NCBI GenBank assembly: GCA_963789395.1
Contig: CAWBKP010000019.1
Coordinates: forward strand, 1 to 64,000
DNA: 64,000 nt
Source: an uncultured delta proteobacterium
Lineage (GTDB): Bacteria; Desulfobacterota; Desulfobacteria; Desulfobacterales; Desulfatirhabdiaceae
Reading direction: 5' to 3'
Shown here: positions 20,367-29,801 of the stretch, piece after piece
How the letters are laid out: each line of letters starts with the position of its first letter
How positions within the stretch are numbered: position 1 is the stretch's first letter
The notes under the pieces: generated by a model
Database searches by the model: none
What the model saw: only the letters and a program-made list of their open reading frames with translations
Told to the model about the DNA's origin: nothing
Made by a program: the position numbers and the translations under genes

Positions 20367-21758
20367 ATGATTGAGAAGCCCTGGGAAGGAAGGTTTTCGG
20401 AAAAAACCGACAGAGGTGTTGAACTCTTTACCTCATCCATCGATGTGGATAAGCGTCTGTACGCCTACGACATCGATGGCAGCATCGCCCACTGCCGGAT
20501 GCTGGCCCATGTGTCCATCATTACGCACGAAGAGGCCGAAAAGCTGATCGAAGGGCTGGGTGTCATCAAGCGGGAAATCCAGCACGGCAAATTCCTGTTT
20601 GATCATGGCCTGGAAGATATCCACATGCACATCGAGACCCGGCTCTTTCAGGAAGTCGGCAAGGTCGCGCAGAAGCTGCACACGGCCAGAAGCCGGAATG
20701 ACCAGGTGGCGCTGGATTCCCGAATGTATCTGCGGGAGGAAACCCGCACCATCATCCGGCTTCTGGATGCCTTGAGGACGGTGATCGTGACTCTGGCAGA
20801 GGAGAACCTGGATGTGATCATGCCCGGATATACCCATCTCCAGCGGGCCCAGCCGGTGCTGCTGTCGCATCATCTGCTGGCCTATTTCGAGATGTTTTCA
20901 CGCGATCGGGCACGGTTCAGCGATGCCTTGAGGCGGATAAATGTTATGCCTCTGGGAAGCGCCGCCCTTGCCGGAACAACCTACCCGATCGACCGGCAGT
21001 ATACGGCAGATCTGCTTCAGTTTCCGGAAGTTTCGGCCAACAGTATCGATTCGGTTTCGGACAGGGATTTCATGCTGGAATTTCTTTCCTGCGCCAGCAT
21101 TGCCATGGTTCATTTCAGCAGGTTTTCCGAGGAGATGATTCTGTGGTCTTCCGCAGAATTCGGCTTTATCGGGCTTCCGGATGCATTTTCCACCGGGAGC
21201 AGCATCATGCCGCAGAAAAAGAATCCGGATGTGCCCGAGCTGGTCCGCGGGAAAGCCGGAAGGGTTTTTGGCGATCTGTTTGCGCTGTTAACCCTCATGA
21301 AGTCTTTGCCCCTTGCTTACAATCGGGATATGCAGGAGGACAAGCCCGCCGTGTTTGACGCCGTGGACACGTTGAAAGCCTGCATCGAGATTTATACGGC
21401 CATGCTGCCGAAACTCAGAATCAACAAGGAAATCCTGTATCAGGCAACCACAACCGGGTTTTTAAATGCCACGGATCTGGCCGATTATCTGGTTACCCGG
21501 GGGATGACGTTCCGCGAATCGCACAGTTGCGTGGGAAAGGCGGTGGGATATGCATCCAGCCTCAAAAAAGAGCTTCATGAGCTGACGCTGGAAGAGATGA
21601 AGTCCTTCTCGTCGCTGATTGCAGAAGATATCTTCAGTATCCTGACGCCCGAAGAAATGATCAACAGGCGGACGTCTTTCGGGGGAACGGCTCTGGAGAA
21701 TGTCAAGGCAGCCATTCAATCGGCAAGGCAGGGCTTGTCGGAGGCGGTCTGCCCGTGA
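20367..21758 (+). CDS. argH: Argininosuccinate lyase
   Basis: EDIHM, LHTARSRNDQV, PGYTHLQRAQP, GSSIMPQKKNPD, YNRDMQEDK. Confidence 0.97.
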   Translation: MIEKPWEGRFSEKTDRGVELFTSSIDVDKRLYAYDIDGSIAHCRMLAHVSIITHEEAEKLIEGLGVIKREIQHGKFLFDHGLEDIHMHIETRLFQEVGKVAQKLHTARSRNDQVALDSRMYLREETRTIIRLLDALRTVIVTLAEENLDVIMPGYTHLQRAQPVLLSHHLLAYFEMFSRDRARFSDALRRINVMPLGSAALAGTTYPIDRQYTADLLQFPEVSANSIDSVSDRDFMLEFLSCASIAMVHFSRFSEEMILWSSAEFGFIGLPDAFSTGSSIMPQKKNPDVPELVRGKAGRVFGDLFALLTLMKSLPLAYNRDMQEDKPAVFDAVDTLKACIEIYTAMLPKLRINKEILYQATTTGFLNATDLADYLVTRGMTFRESHSCVGKAVGYASSLKKELHELTLEEMKSFSSLIAEDIFSILTPEEMINRRTSFGGTALENVKAAIQSARQGLSEAVCP

Positions 21759-22210
21759 ACGACAGGAAGATGCCGGCCGGCCGGTTTCCAATTAAACTTC
21801 TGATCGCGGCAATGCTGCTATGCCTGTGCATCGCCGGCTGCGGCAGAAAAGGAATGCCGGTCGCGCCACGGCTGCTTCCGCCGCAACCGGTAACGGATCT
21901 TCGTGTTCAGGTGGCCGGCAATCAGGTTGAACTGATCTGGTCTTTTTCAAAAGCCCTTTACGGGTCGGAGCCGATAAAAGGTTTTGGTGTGTTTCGTGCG
22001 TCAGAGGCGGTTTCCGAAAGCTGCGATACCTGCCCGGCTCTATTTAAGCGGTTAGCCGATGTTCCTTTCCTGGAAGGCCAGGACGGGGTATCTGTCATGA
22101 CATATCGGGATACGCTTGAAAAAGGTGTCCGTTACCGGTATAAGGTAATCTGTTATTCGACGGGGCTTGGCAGTAAGGATTCGAATGTGGTGGCGGTGGA
22201 AGGGGAGTAG
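21755..22210 (+). CDS. Lipoprotein with an LptM/YifL-like N-terminus and fibronectin-III-like body
   Basis: Lipobox IAGC followed by GRKGMP; CDTCP motif; located between argH and lysA. Confidence 0.6.
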   Translation: MNDRKMPAGRFPIKLLIAAMLLCLCIAGCGRKGMPVAPRLLPPQPVTDLRVQVAGNQVELIWSFSKALYGSEPIKGFGVFRASEAVSESCDTCPALFKRLADVPFLEGQDGVSVMTYRDTLEKGVRYRYKVICYSTGLGSKDSNVVAVEGE

Positions 22211-22212
22211 GC

Positions 22213-23466
22213 ATGCATTATTTTCAATATCAAAACAATGAAATGTATTGTGAGGATGTTCCGGTCCAGGCCATTGCCCGGCAGGTGGGAACCCCGTTTT
22301 ATCTTTACAGCCATGCAACGCTGACCCGGCATTTTAATGCCTTTAACGATGCGTTTGAAGGGCTTGACCGGCTGGTCTGTTTTTCGGCCAAGGCCAATAC
22401 CAGCATGGCTGTCCTCAAGCTTCTGGCGAATCTGGGGAGCGGGCTGGATATTGTGTCGGGCGGGGAGCTTTACCGGGGGCTGGAGGCCGGGTTTTCTCCC
22501 GATCATATTGTGTATTCGGGCGTGGGAAAACGGGAGGATGAAATTGATTTTGCTCTGGAAACCGGCATTCTGATGTTCAATATCGAATCCCTGGAGGAAC
22601 TGGAGCTGATCCAGCTTCGGGCCGCCGCTTTACATAAAAAGGCGTGTGTCGCCATTCGGGTCAACCCGGATGTCGATCCCAAGACCCATCCGTATATTTC
22701 AACCGGCCTGAAGAAGAACAAATTCGGGATTGACACGGAAAGCGCGCTTGCTGCCTATCAACGTGCCGGCCGGATGTCCCATGTTTCTGTTGTGGGAATT
22801 GATTGCCACATCGGCTCCCAGATTACTGAAATTCAGCCGTTCGAAGATGCGTTGAAAAGCCTCAAGAGCCTGATTCAACGGCTGGGAACAATGGGAATTC
22901 ACATCCGGTATCTGGACATGGGCGGGGGTCTCGGGATCACCTACCGGGAAGAATCGCCGCCCCAGCCGGCGGAATATGCAGGGGCTATTTCCCGCGTTCT
23001 CGGAGATCTGAAAATTCAGCTGATTCTGGAACCCGGCCGGGTGATTGTGGGAAACGCGGGCATTTTGGTTACCAAGGTGCTGTACCGGAAAAAAGGGCTT
23101 GTCAAGGAATTCGTCATTACCGATGCGGCCATGAACGATCTGATGCGGCCCATTCTCTATAACGCTTACCATGAAGCCCTGCCGGTGGTTCAGCCGAAGG
23201 GGGAGCCCTTTACCGCGGACATTGTCGGCCCCATCTGCGAAACCGGAGATTTTCTTGCACAGGACCGGCAGCTCGCTCCTGTGCAAAGCGGCGACTTGCT
23301 GGCCTTGATGAGCGCGGGCGCCTACGGGTTTGTGATGTCCTCCAATTATTGCTCCAGGCTCCGGGCAGCCGAGGTCATGGTCAAAGGGGACAGGTTTGCG
23401 GTGATCAAGGATCGGGAAACCTATGCGGACCTGATTGCCGGGGAGACGGTGCCGGATTTTGTATAA
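22213..23466 (+). CDS. lysA: Diaminopimelate decarboxylase
   Basis: GTPFYLYS, FSAKAN, DIVSGGEL, HIGSQI, EPGR, GPICETGD, GAYG. Confidence 0.97.
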   Translation: MHYFQYQNNEMYCEDVPVQAIARQVGTPFYLYSHATLTRHFNAFNDAFEGLDRLVCFSAKANTSMAVLKLLANLGSGLDIVSGGELYRGLEAGFSPDHIVYSGVGKREDEIDFALETGILMFNIESLEELELIQLRAAALHKKACVAIRVNPDVDPKTHPYISTGLKKNKFGIDTESALAAYQRAGRMSHVSVVGIDCHIGSQITEIQPFEDALKSLKSLIQRLGTMGIHIRYLDMGGGLGITYREESPPQPAEYAGAISRVLGDLKIQLILEPGRVIVGNAGILVTKVLYRKKGLVKEFVITDAAMNDLMRPILYNAYHEALPVVQPKGEPFTADIVGPICETGDFLAQDRQLAPVQSGDLLALMSAGAYGFVMSSNYCSRLRAAEVMVKGDRFAVIKDRETYADLIAGETVPDFV

Positions 23467-23476
23467 AAAAGGGTGA

Positions 23477-24310
23477 ATGATGCATCCAATAAATTTTTTC
23501 AAAATGAGCGGTTGCGGCAATGATTTTATCATCATTGACAACCGAAATCCGGTGATTGCGGAAAAAGACCTCGCCGCATTTATTGTAGGCGTATGCCGCA
23601 GAAAGATGTCTGTGGGCGCCGATGGCATCATTCTGATTGAAACATCGGATACCGTGGACTTTAAATGGCGGTTTTACAATTCAGACGGCAGCCTTGCGGA
23701 AATGTGCGGAAACGGCGCCAGGTGCGTTGCCAGATTTGCCTATATGAATGGGATTACCGGTCCGGATATGGCTTTTGAAACCCTGGCGGGGGTCGTTTCG
23801 GCATCGGTGTCAGAAACGGGCCGGGTCAAAATCAAGATGACGGATCCCCTGAATCTGAAACTCGACCAGCCCCTTGTCCTGAAAAGCGGGAAATATGCGG
23901 TCAGCAGCGTCAACACCGGAGTCCCCCACGCCGTGATGGTCGTGGACAATTTAGATGAAACACCTGTCAAGGAGATGGGAAAAGAAATCCGCTTTCATCC
24001 GGATTTTGCACCAGCCGGAACCAATGCCAATTTTGTTGCGGTCCGGCCGGACAAAATCGTTGCGGTTCGCACTTACGAGCGCGGTGTTGAAGATGAAACC
24101 CTGGCTTGCGGCACCGGCTGCGTTGCCAGTGCGCTGATTACGGCACGAAAATTCGGCCTGACGTCCCCGGTGACGCTGTTAACGCGAAGCGGCGGCCAGC
24201 TTCGCATTTATTTCACCCTGCATCAGGACGCCTATTCCGATGTTTATATGGAAGGGGATGCCCGTGTGATCTACCGGGCGGAGCTTTGTGAAGAGGCCTG
24301 GAATTATTGA
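23477..24310 (+). CDS. dapF: Diaminopimelate epimerase
   Basis: KMSGCGNDF, GADG, EMCGNGARC, GVPH, RTYERGVEDETLACGTG. Confidence 0.97.
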   Translation: MMHPINFFKMSGCGNDFIIIDNRNPVIAEKDLAAFIVGVCRRKMSVGADGIILIETSDTVDFKWRFYNSDGSLAEMCGNGARCVARFAYMNGITGPDMAFETLAGVVSASVSETGRVKIKMTDPLNLKLDQPLVLKSGKYAVSSVNTGVPHAVMVVDNLDETPVKEMGKEIRFHPDFAPAGTNANFVAVRPDKIVAVRTYERGVEDETLACGTGCVASALITARKFGLTSPVTLLTRSGGQLRIYFTLHQDAYSDVYMEGDARVIYRAELCEEAWNY

Positions 24311-24378
24311 ATACGGCGCTTGGTCCTGCGCGGCTTAACCGGCTGACAATCTATCCATTTTGAAATTAGAATTTTGAA

Positions 24379-24414
24379 TTTGTTTCGAATTTCGGATTTC
24401 GATATTCGGATTTT
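24379..24414 (-). repeat. CGAAAT-type heptamer repeat, inverted copy upstream of dapL
   Basis: TTTGTTTCGAATTTCGGATTTCGATATTCGGATTTT; its reverse complement matches the 19034 and 29652 copies. Confidence 0.8.
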
Positions 24415-24468
24415 GCCCGAGCGGGCATTTCGTTCAGGCACGATCTGCTACGAACAAGGACGATTTTT

Positions 24469-25641
24469 ATGACAATTACAATTGAAAAATCCGACCGGCT
24501 CAAAGCCCTTCCCCCTTATCTGTTCAAGGAAATTGACCGCCAGAAATCAGAAGCCCGTAAAAACGGCGTGGACATTATTGATCTTGGAGTCGGTGATCCG
24601 GATAAGCCGACTCCTGACCACATTATCGAAGCGCTGAACAAGGCTGCCCGTGATCCGGCCAATCACCGCTACCCTTCCTATTCGGGCATGGGCGCTTTTA
24701 ACGAAGCGGTTGCAAAGTGGTATCAAAGGCGCTTTCAGGTTTCACTTTCCCCGGAAACGGAGGTCGTCACCCTGATCGGGTCCAAGGAAGGCATTGCCAA
24801 TATTCCTTTGGCCCTGATCAACCCGGGAGATATCGGACTGGCGAGCAGTCCGGGATATCCCGTGTATAATACCGGAATCCAGTTTGCCGGCGGCCTGACA
24901 TATTTTATGGATCTTCTCAAATCCAACCAGTTCCTGCCGGATCTGTCCGCCATTCCGGATTCGGTTGCCGCCAAAGCCAAACTGATGTTCATCAACTATC
25001 CCAACAATCCGACATCCGCCGTGGCGACCCCGGCGTTTTTCAAGGATGTGGTGGCGTTTGCGGAAAAGCACAACATCATCGTCTGTCACGATGCGGCCTA
25101 TTCGGAAATGGCCTTTGACGGATACCGCCCCCCCAGTTTTCTGGAAACGGACGGCGCCAAAGCGGTGGGCGTTGAATTTCACTCCCTATCAAAAACCTAT
25201 AACATGACCGGCTGGCGGCTCGGGTTTGCCGTGGGCAGAGCAGAAGTGATACAGGCACTGGGCCAGATCAAAAGCAACATTGATTCAGGTGCATTCCAGG
25301 CGGTTCAGGTTGCCGGGATTGCGGCTCTTGAAGGGGATCAGACCTGCGTGACGGACATGAACCGCGAGTATACGCTTCGCCGGGATATTCTGGTGGACGG
25401 CCTTCGCGAAATCGGTCTGTCCGTGGAAAAACCCCGCGCAACGTTTTATGTGTGGATTGAGATCCCCAAGGGGTATACTTCGACATCGTTCGCTTCCCAT
25501 CTTCTGACCCGGGCCGGAATTGTGGCAACGCCGGGCAACGGCTTCGGTGCTCCCGGAGAAGGGTATGTCCGGATGGCTTTGACCGTTGGAGCCGAGCGGA
25601 TGAAAGAAGCAGTGGCCAGGATGAAATCCGTGGGATTCTGA
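24469..25641 (+). CDS. dapL: LL-diaminopimelate aminotransferase
   Basis: LPPYLF, DLGVGDPD, LIGSKEG, NYPNNPT, HDAAYSE, SLSKTYNMTGWRLG; clustered with lysA and dapF. Confidence 0.85.
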   Translation: MTITIEKSDRLKALPPYLFKEIDRQKSEARKNGVDIIDLGVGDPDKPTPDHIIEALNKAARDPANHRYPSYSGMGAFNEAVAKWYQRRFQVSLSPETEVVTLIGSKEGIANIPLALINPGDIGLASSPGYPVYNTGIQFAGGLTYFMDLLKSNQFLPDLSAIPDSVAAKAKLMFINYPNNPTSAVATPAFFKDVVAFAEKHNIIVCHDAAYSEMAFDGYRPPSFLETDGAKAVGVEFHSLSKTYNMTGWRLGFAVGRAEVIQALGQIKSNIDSGAFQAVQVAGIAALEGDQTCVTDMNREYTLRRDILVDGLREIGLSVEKPRATFYVWIEIPKGYTSTSFASHLLTRAGIVATPGNGFGAPGEGYVRMALTVGAERMKEAVARMKSVGF

Positions 25642-25643
25642 AC

Positions 25644-26135
25644 ATGCACTCGGCGTTTGTCGGCGTAGGTTCGAACCTGGGGCAGAAGCAGGATAACTGC
25701 TTGCAGGGGATTTCGGCGCTGTCTTCAAGCGGCCATTCCCGGCTGCTGAATCAGTCCCGGCTGTATCGCACCGAGCCGGTCGATTACCTGGACCAGGACT
25801 GGTTTGTGAATTGTGTCGTGCAGATCGAAACCAGCCTGGATCCCTTTGCGCTTCTGACTGTATTGCAGGATATCCAGAAAAAGGCGGGCCGGATTCAGGA
25901 TGCCGTTCGTTTCGGCCCCCGGATACTGGACATGGACATCATTTTTTTTGATGCAACCGTCATCGATCATCCGGATCTGACCCTTCCGCATCCACGGATG
26001 CATCTCAGGCGGTTTGTGTTAAAACCGTTATGCGACATGGATCCGGCGTTGCGCCATCCCATCCTTGACCAGACGGTCCAGTATCTGCTGGACAACCTTG
26101 AAGATGCGGGACAGGGGATCGTTGAATTGACATGA
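25644..26135 (+). CDS. folK: 2-amino-4-hydroxy-6-hydroxymethyldihydropteridine diphosphokinase
   Basis: GSNLG, YRTEPV, QDWFVN, RFGPRILDMDI, LPHPRMHLRRFVL.PL. Confidence 0.95.
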   Translation: MHSAFVGVGSNLGQKQDNCLQGISALSSSGHSRLLNQSRLYRTEPVDYLDQDWFVNCVVQIETSLDPFALLTVLQDIQKKAGRIQDAVRFGPRILDMDIIFFDATVIDHPDLTLPHPRMHLRRFVLKPLCDMDPALRHPILDQTVQYLLDNLEDAGQGIVELT

Positions 26136-26386
26136 TTAGAATCATTGTACTCATCGCCGTCGGATATATCGGATTTCGTCTCTTGAAATCCTGGATCGTA
26201 AAGCATATAACGATTTCTCAGGCTGGACAAAATCAACCACCCGGCGAAATTGACGATATCATGATTCAGGATCCGGTTTGCCAGGTGTATTTCCCCAAAA
26301 GAAGCGGTGTCCATTTGCATCAGCATGGCAAAGATCTATACTTTTGCAGTCCGGAATGCCGCCAGCGGTATATTTCGAATTCATAA
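26132..26386 (+). CDS. Small membrane-anchored YHS/TRASH-domain protein
   Basis: N-terminal TM segment; QDPVCQVY...YFCSPEC. Confidence 0.75.
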   Translation: MIRIIVLIAVGYIGFRLLKSWIVKHITISQAGQNQPPGEIDDIMIQDPVCQVYFPKRSGVHLHQHGKDLYFCSPECRQRYISNS

Positions 26387-26484
26387 CAGGCCGGGCAAGG
26401 CCCAAGTCTCATTGAAGCGCGGATGGCACTTCATGATGGACACAGACCTGAAACATCGAGCATTTTCATAAAAGGAGCAGTCCA

Positions 26485-27135
26485 TTGAAATTTTTTCTTG
26501 ATACGGCTAATATCGACGAGATTAAAGAAGCTTACAGCATGGGCATGGTGGATGGTGTCACCACCAACCCCAGTCTCATAGCCAAGGAAGGCCGGGATTT
26601 TGAAACCATCATCCGGGACATCTGTGAAATCGTGGATGGTCCCATCAGCGCGGAAGTGATCAGCCTGGATATGGAGGGGATGCTCAAAGAGGCCCGCCAT
26701 CTGGCCGAAATTCATCGGAATATCGTGGTGAAGGTGCCGATGACGGTTGACGGCATCAAGGCCACACGCATTCTTTCGCAGGAAGGGATCGATACCAACG
26801 TCACCCTGGTTTTCTCACCGCTTCAGGCGCTGATGGCGGCCAAAGCGGGCGCCACCTATGTCAGTCCGTTTATCGGGCGGCTGGATGATATCTCCCAGGA
26901 AGGCATGGTCCTGATCGAGCAGATTGTTCAGATATTTGAAAACTATTCATTTCATACGCAGGTGATTGTGGCCAGCGTTCGCAATCCGCTCCATGTGCTG
27001 GATTCCGCATTGCTGGGTGCGGACATAGCGACGATTCCGTTTAATGTTCTGGCAAAATTTGCATCCCACCCCCTGACCGACAAGGGGATTCAATCCTTTT
27101 TAAATGACTGGAACAAGTCAAAAACATGCGGATAA
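26485..27135 (+). CDS. tal: Transaldolase / fructose-6-phosphate aldolase (short type)
   Basis: [43 protein letters not shown] start after AAGGAG. Confidence 0.9.
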   Translation: MKFFLDTANIDEIKEAYSMGMVDGVTTNPSLIAKEGRDFETIIRDICEIVDGPISAEVISLDMEGMLKEARHLAEIHRNIVVKVPMTVDGIKATRILSQEGIDTNVTLVFSPLQALMAAKAGATYVSPFIGRLDDISQEGMVLIEQIVQIFENYSFHTQVIVASVRNPLHVLDSALLGADIATIPFNVLAKFASHPLTDKGIQSFLNDWNKSKTCG

Positions 27136-27707
27136 ACAGGCTTCAATTCGATAAGGCCGGAGACCTGCTGAGCCACCCGAATTTTCTGACCATGTGCCGG
27201 GTCGGCGCCATACCGGGGATCATTCTGCTCATGCTGTTTCCCAACCGCATCTGCTCGTTTCTGGCGGCGATTCTTTTCAGCGCGGCTGCCATCACCGATT
27301 ATTTTGACGGGTTTATTGCGCGAAGCAGGGGGTTGACTTCGGAATTCGGGAAAATGATGGATCCCCTGGCCGACAAGCTTCTGGTATCATCCGCCTTTAT
27401 CATGATTACTTCCCTGGGATGGGTTCCCGGATGGATCATCTGCATCATCATCGGCCGGGAGATAGCCATTACCGGACTTCGAAATGTAATGGCCGATAAC
27501 AACGAAGATGTTTCCGCTTCAAATCTGGGTAAATACAAGACAGGTTTCCAGATCGCCGCCATCATCCCCTTGCTGATTCATTATCCGTATTTTGGACTCA
27601 ATTTTCATGGCATCGGCATGTTCTTTCTGTGGGGGGCGCTCATCTTTACGGTCTGGTCAGGTCTGGATTACGGGTACCGTTTCAAGGGGTTTAAAGTCAA
27701 GCCATAA
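27126..27707 (+). CDS. pgsA: CDP-diacylglycerol--glycerol-3-phosphate 3-phosphatidyltransferase
   Basis: [44 protein letters not shown]. Confidence 0.93.
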   Translation: MRINRLQFDKAGDLLSHPNFLTMCRVGAIPGIILLMLFPNRICSFLAAILFSAAAITDYFDGFIARSRGLTSEFGKMMDPLADKLLVSSAFIMITSLGWVPGWIICIIIGREIAITGLRNVMADNNEDVSASNLGKYKTGFQIAAIIPLLIHYPYFGLNFHGIGMFFLWGALIFTVWSGLDYGYRFKGFKVKP

Positions 27708-27729
27708 ACGATTGAATTGAAAAAAGGGG

Positions 27730-27758
27730 TTGACAACGAGGGCCGAAAAAGTTAGATA
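27730..27758 (+). promoter_or_regulatory. Putative promoter of the tRNA pair
   Basis: TTGACA 27730-27735, 17-nt spacer, then TAGATA; immediately upstream of tRNA-Gly. Confidence 0.5.
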
Positions 27759-27771
27759 GTTATTGTTTTGA

Positions 27772-27846
<75 letters not shown>

Positions 27847-27854
27847 TTTTTTTT

Positions 27855-27929
27855 GGCGGCATAGCCAAGTGGTAAGGCAACGGTCTGCAAAATCGTTATT
27901 CTCCGGTTCAAATCCGGATGCCGCCTCCA
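27855..27929 (+). tRNA. tRNA-Cys (GCA)
   Basis: GGCGGCA acceptor stem, anticodon loop CTGCAAA, GGTTCAAATCCGG T-arm, CCA end. Confidence 0.96.
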
Positions 27930-27941
27930 TATAGAATATTC

Positions 27942-27970
27942 AAGGGCTGAAGTCATTCAGCCCTTTTTTT
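27942..27970 (+). terminator. Intrinsic terminator after the tRNAs
   Basis: AAGGGCTGA-AGTCAT-TCAGCCCTT followed by a T-run. Confidence 0.85.
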
Positions 27971-28397
27971 ATGTGCCGGCATCGGAGCGATGTGAAGCTA
28001 GCCGCTGTTGGCCCGATTGATCTTTTATTGTCGGATTTCTCTTGCGGAGCTCATAGTAAACAACCAGTAAAAGAATAACCGGTGCAGCAAAACCAAGGAA
28101 AAACGGTCCGAGTGCCAGGGTGCGGTCGAGCCAGCTCGTGTCTTTTGTTGCGGCGTTCCAGATGGTAATGGATAGCGGAAAAATAGTAAAAAGAGCCGTC
28201 GGAAGCAAAAACCAGGCACTGCTTTTACCACCGGCTTTAGCGATGCGGGCGGAGAAAAAGGAAACTCCGGCCACCACGACAGCGGACAAAGCCCCCCACG
28301 CCATGCCGAAAAGACTGGATATCAGCGAACCGATTTGAAAAATAAGCAGCATTGCAATTACGGTAGCGAGGATGCGGCTGAGGGTTTTGTCTGTCAT
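27969..28397 (-). CDS. Hypothetical membrane protein (about 4 TM segments)
   Basis: Hydrophobic ORF with a GGAG SD upstream; no recognised motif. Confidence 0.6.
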   Translation of the reverse strand: MTDKTLSRILATVIAMLLIFQIGSLISSLFGMAWGALSAVVVAGVSFFSARIAKAGGKSSAWFLLPTALFTIFPLSITIWNAATKDTSWLDRTLALGPFFLGFAAPVILLLVVYYELRKRNPTIKDQSGQQRLASHRSDAGT

Positions 28398-28417
28398 GAG
28401 GACTCCAAATGGTTTTT

Positions 28418-29590
28418 TCAGGGTGACCCACCTGTTTCCTTGCCATTAGCGGCATGTTTCAGTTCGATTACCGTTACTTCAGGCGGTGCCATGAAACGGA
28501 TCGGCGGCCCCCAGGTCCCGGTACCTCTGCTCACATAAAGTGCGGCGTCCCGGGGAAGCAGTGAAAAACCTGTCTCAACGGGATAAAACAGATGGGTCAG
28601 CAGGTTGAAGGGAAATATCTGCCCTTTGTGGACATGTCCTGAAAGTTGCAGGTCAAAAAAACCCGGACTCTCCGGATCCACATCCGGACGGTGCTTGAGA
28701 AGCAGGGTGAATCCGTCCCGGGGAACCTTCGACAAAAGATTTTTTTCCTGAATCTGCCGCGAATGGGTGATTCTTTCAATCGTCGGGTCGTCAACTCCCA
28801 CGACATGTATCAAACTGTCTGCTGTTATCTCTTCATTGCGAAGCACTTTAAACCCCGCCCGTTCGGTAAAATCGATGGCCTGATCCAGTCCCGCGTATAC
28901 CTCGTGATTGCCGATCACGGCATACTTGCCGTATTTTGGCCGGATGTCCTGAAAGAGTTCGGCCAATCCTGTCATCCGGTTGATCTGTCCATCCACCAGG
29001 TCCCCGGTGGAAACAAGCATATCCGGCGAGGCCTCATTGATTTTTGCAATGATCCGCTTCAACCGTTCCTGCCGGACGATCAACCCCAGATGGACGTCGG
29101 ATATCTGCACGATGGTGAGTTTACCGACTGCCGGCGAAATTTTCGATGTGGTGATGACAATCCGTTCGGTCCTGATGTCTCGGGCTTCGAAATAGCCATA
29201 TATCGCCGTTACCATTCCCAAAGCAACCGGCAGAAGAAAAGCAGTGCGGCTTGAGGGAAGAAGTGCTGAAAAATCCCGGTGGAAAAGCATTCCGGCGCCA
29301 TGAACAACCAGGCGGAAAATCTCCATGGCCAGTGAAGCGGAAAAAAAGAGGAAGATAAATCCCATCCAGAGGTAACCGGTATAGGCCGCAAACCTGGCGA
29401 GCACTTCCAGCCCCTGTTTTTCCATGACCCTGACCAGTGCCGGGGTAAGCACCATCAAAAGTAGAAAAATAGTCAGGCAGAGAGAAGGAATTATTCCCGG
29501 AGAAAACGCTGTTTTCACTTTCAGGAAAAAATAGAGATGGGTACTGCCATAAACAAGAAAAAAAATCAGGAAAAACAGACGCATCATCAC
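28418..29590 (-). CDS. Membrane-anchored metallophosphoesterase (YkuE-like)
   Basis: N-terminal TM segments; SDVHLG, TGDLVD, GNHE, LKHRP, LSGHVHKGQIFP, SRGTGTWGPP. Confidence 0.9.
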   Translation of the reverse strand: MMMRLFFLIFFLVYGSTHLYFFLKVKTAFSPGIIPSLCLTIFLLLMVLTPALVRVMEKQGLEVLARFAAYTGYLWMGFIFLFFSASLAMEIFRLVVHGAGMLFHRDFSALLPSSRTAFLLPVALGMVTAIYGYFEARDIRTERIVITTSKISPAVGKLTIVQISDVHLGLIVRQERLKRIIAKINEASPDMLVSTGDLVDGQINRMTGLAELFQDIRPKYGKYAVIGNHEVYAGLDQAIDFTERAGFKVLRNEEITADSLIHVVGVDDPTIERITHSRQIQEKNLLSKVPRDGFTLLLKHRPDVDPESPGFFDLQLSGHVHKGQIFPFNLLTHLFYPVETGFSLLPRDAALYVSRGTGTWGPPIRFMAPPEVTVIELKHAANGKETGGSP

Positions 29591-29651
29591 CCCGCTGCGA
29601 TCCGGCCAGACTTTACGGGTTCATGCCGGAACAGATAAGACGAAACAGTTT

Positions 29652-29796
29652 AAATTCGAAATCCGAATATCGAAATTCGAAACAAGGAAAAAAACAGAAT
29701 ACACAATGTGCAAATCAAGGCGTCTTCAAACTGGGAATCCGAGCTGTTTGGTCATCAGCACTTAGAATTTCTTTCGGATTTCGATATTCGAATTTT
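29652..29796. repeat. Two inverted CGAAAT-type heptamer arrays flanking a ~70-bp spacer
   Basis: Left arm AAATTCGAAATCCGAATATCGAAATTCGAAACAAGGA; right arm TTAGAATTTCTTTCGGATTTCGATATTCGAATTTT. Confidence 0.8.
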
Positions 29797-29801
29797 CCAT
29801 C

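Noticed and set aside
27930..27970. tRNA-Leu expected after the Gly-Cys pair, as in enterobacterial pgsA-glyW-cysT-leuZ
   Set aside because: A terminator follows tRNA-Cys directly and no cloverleaf is present.
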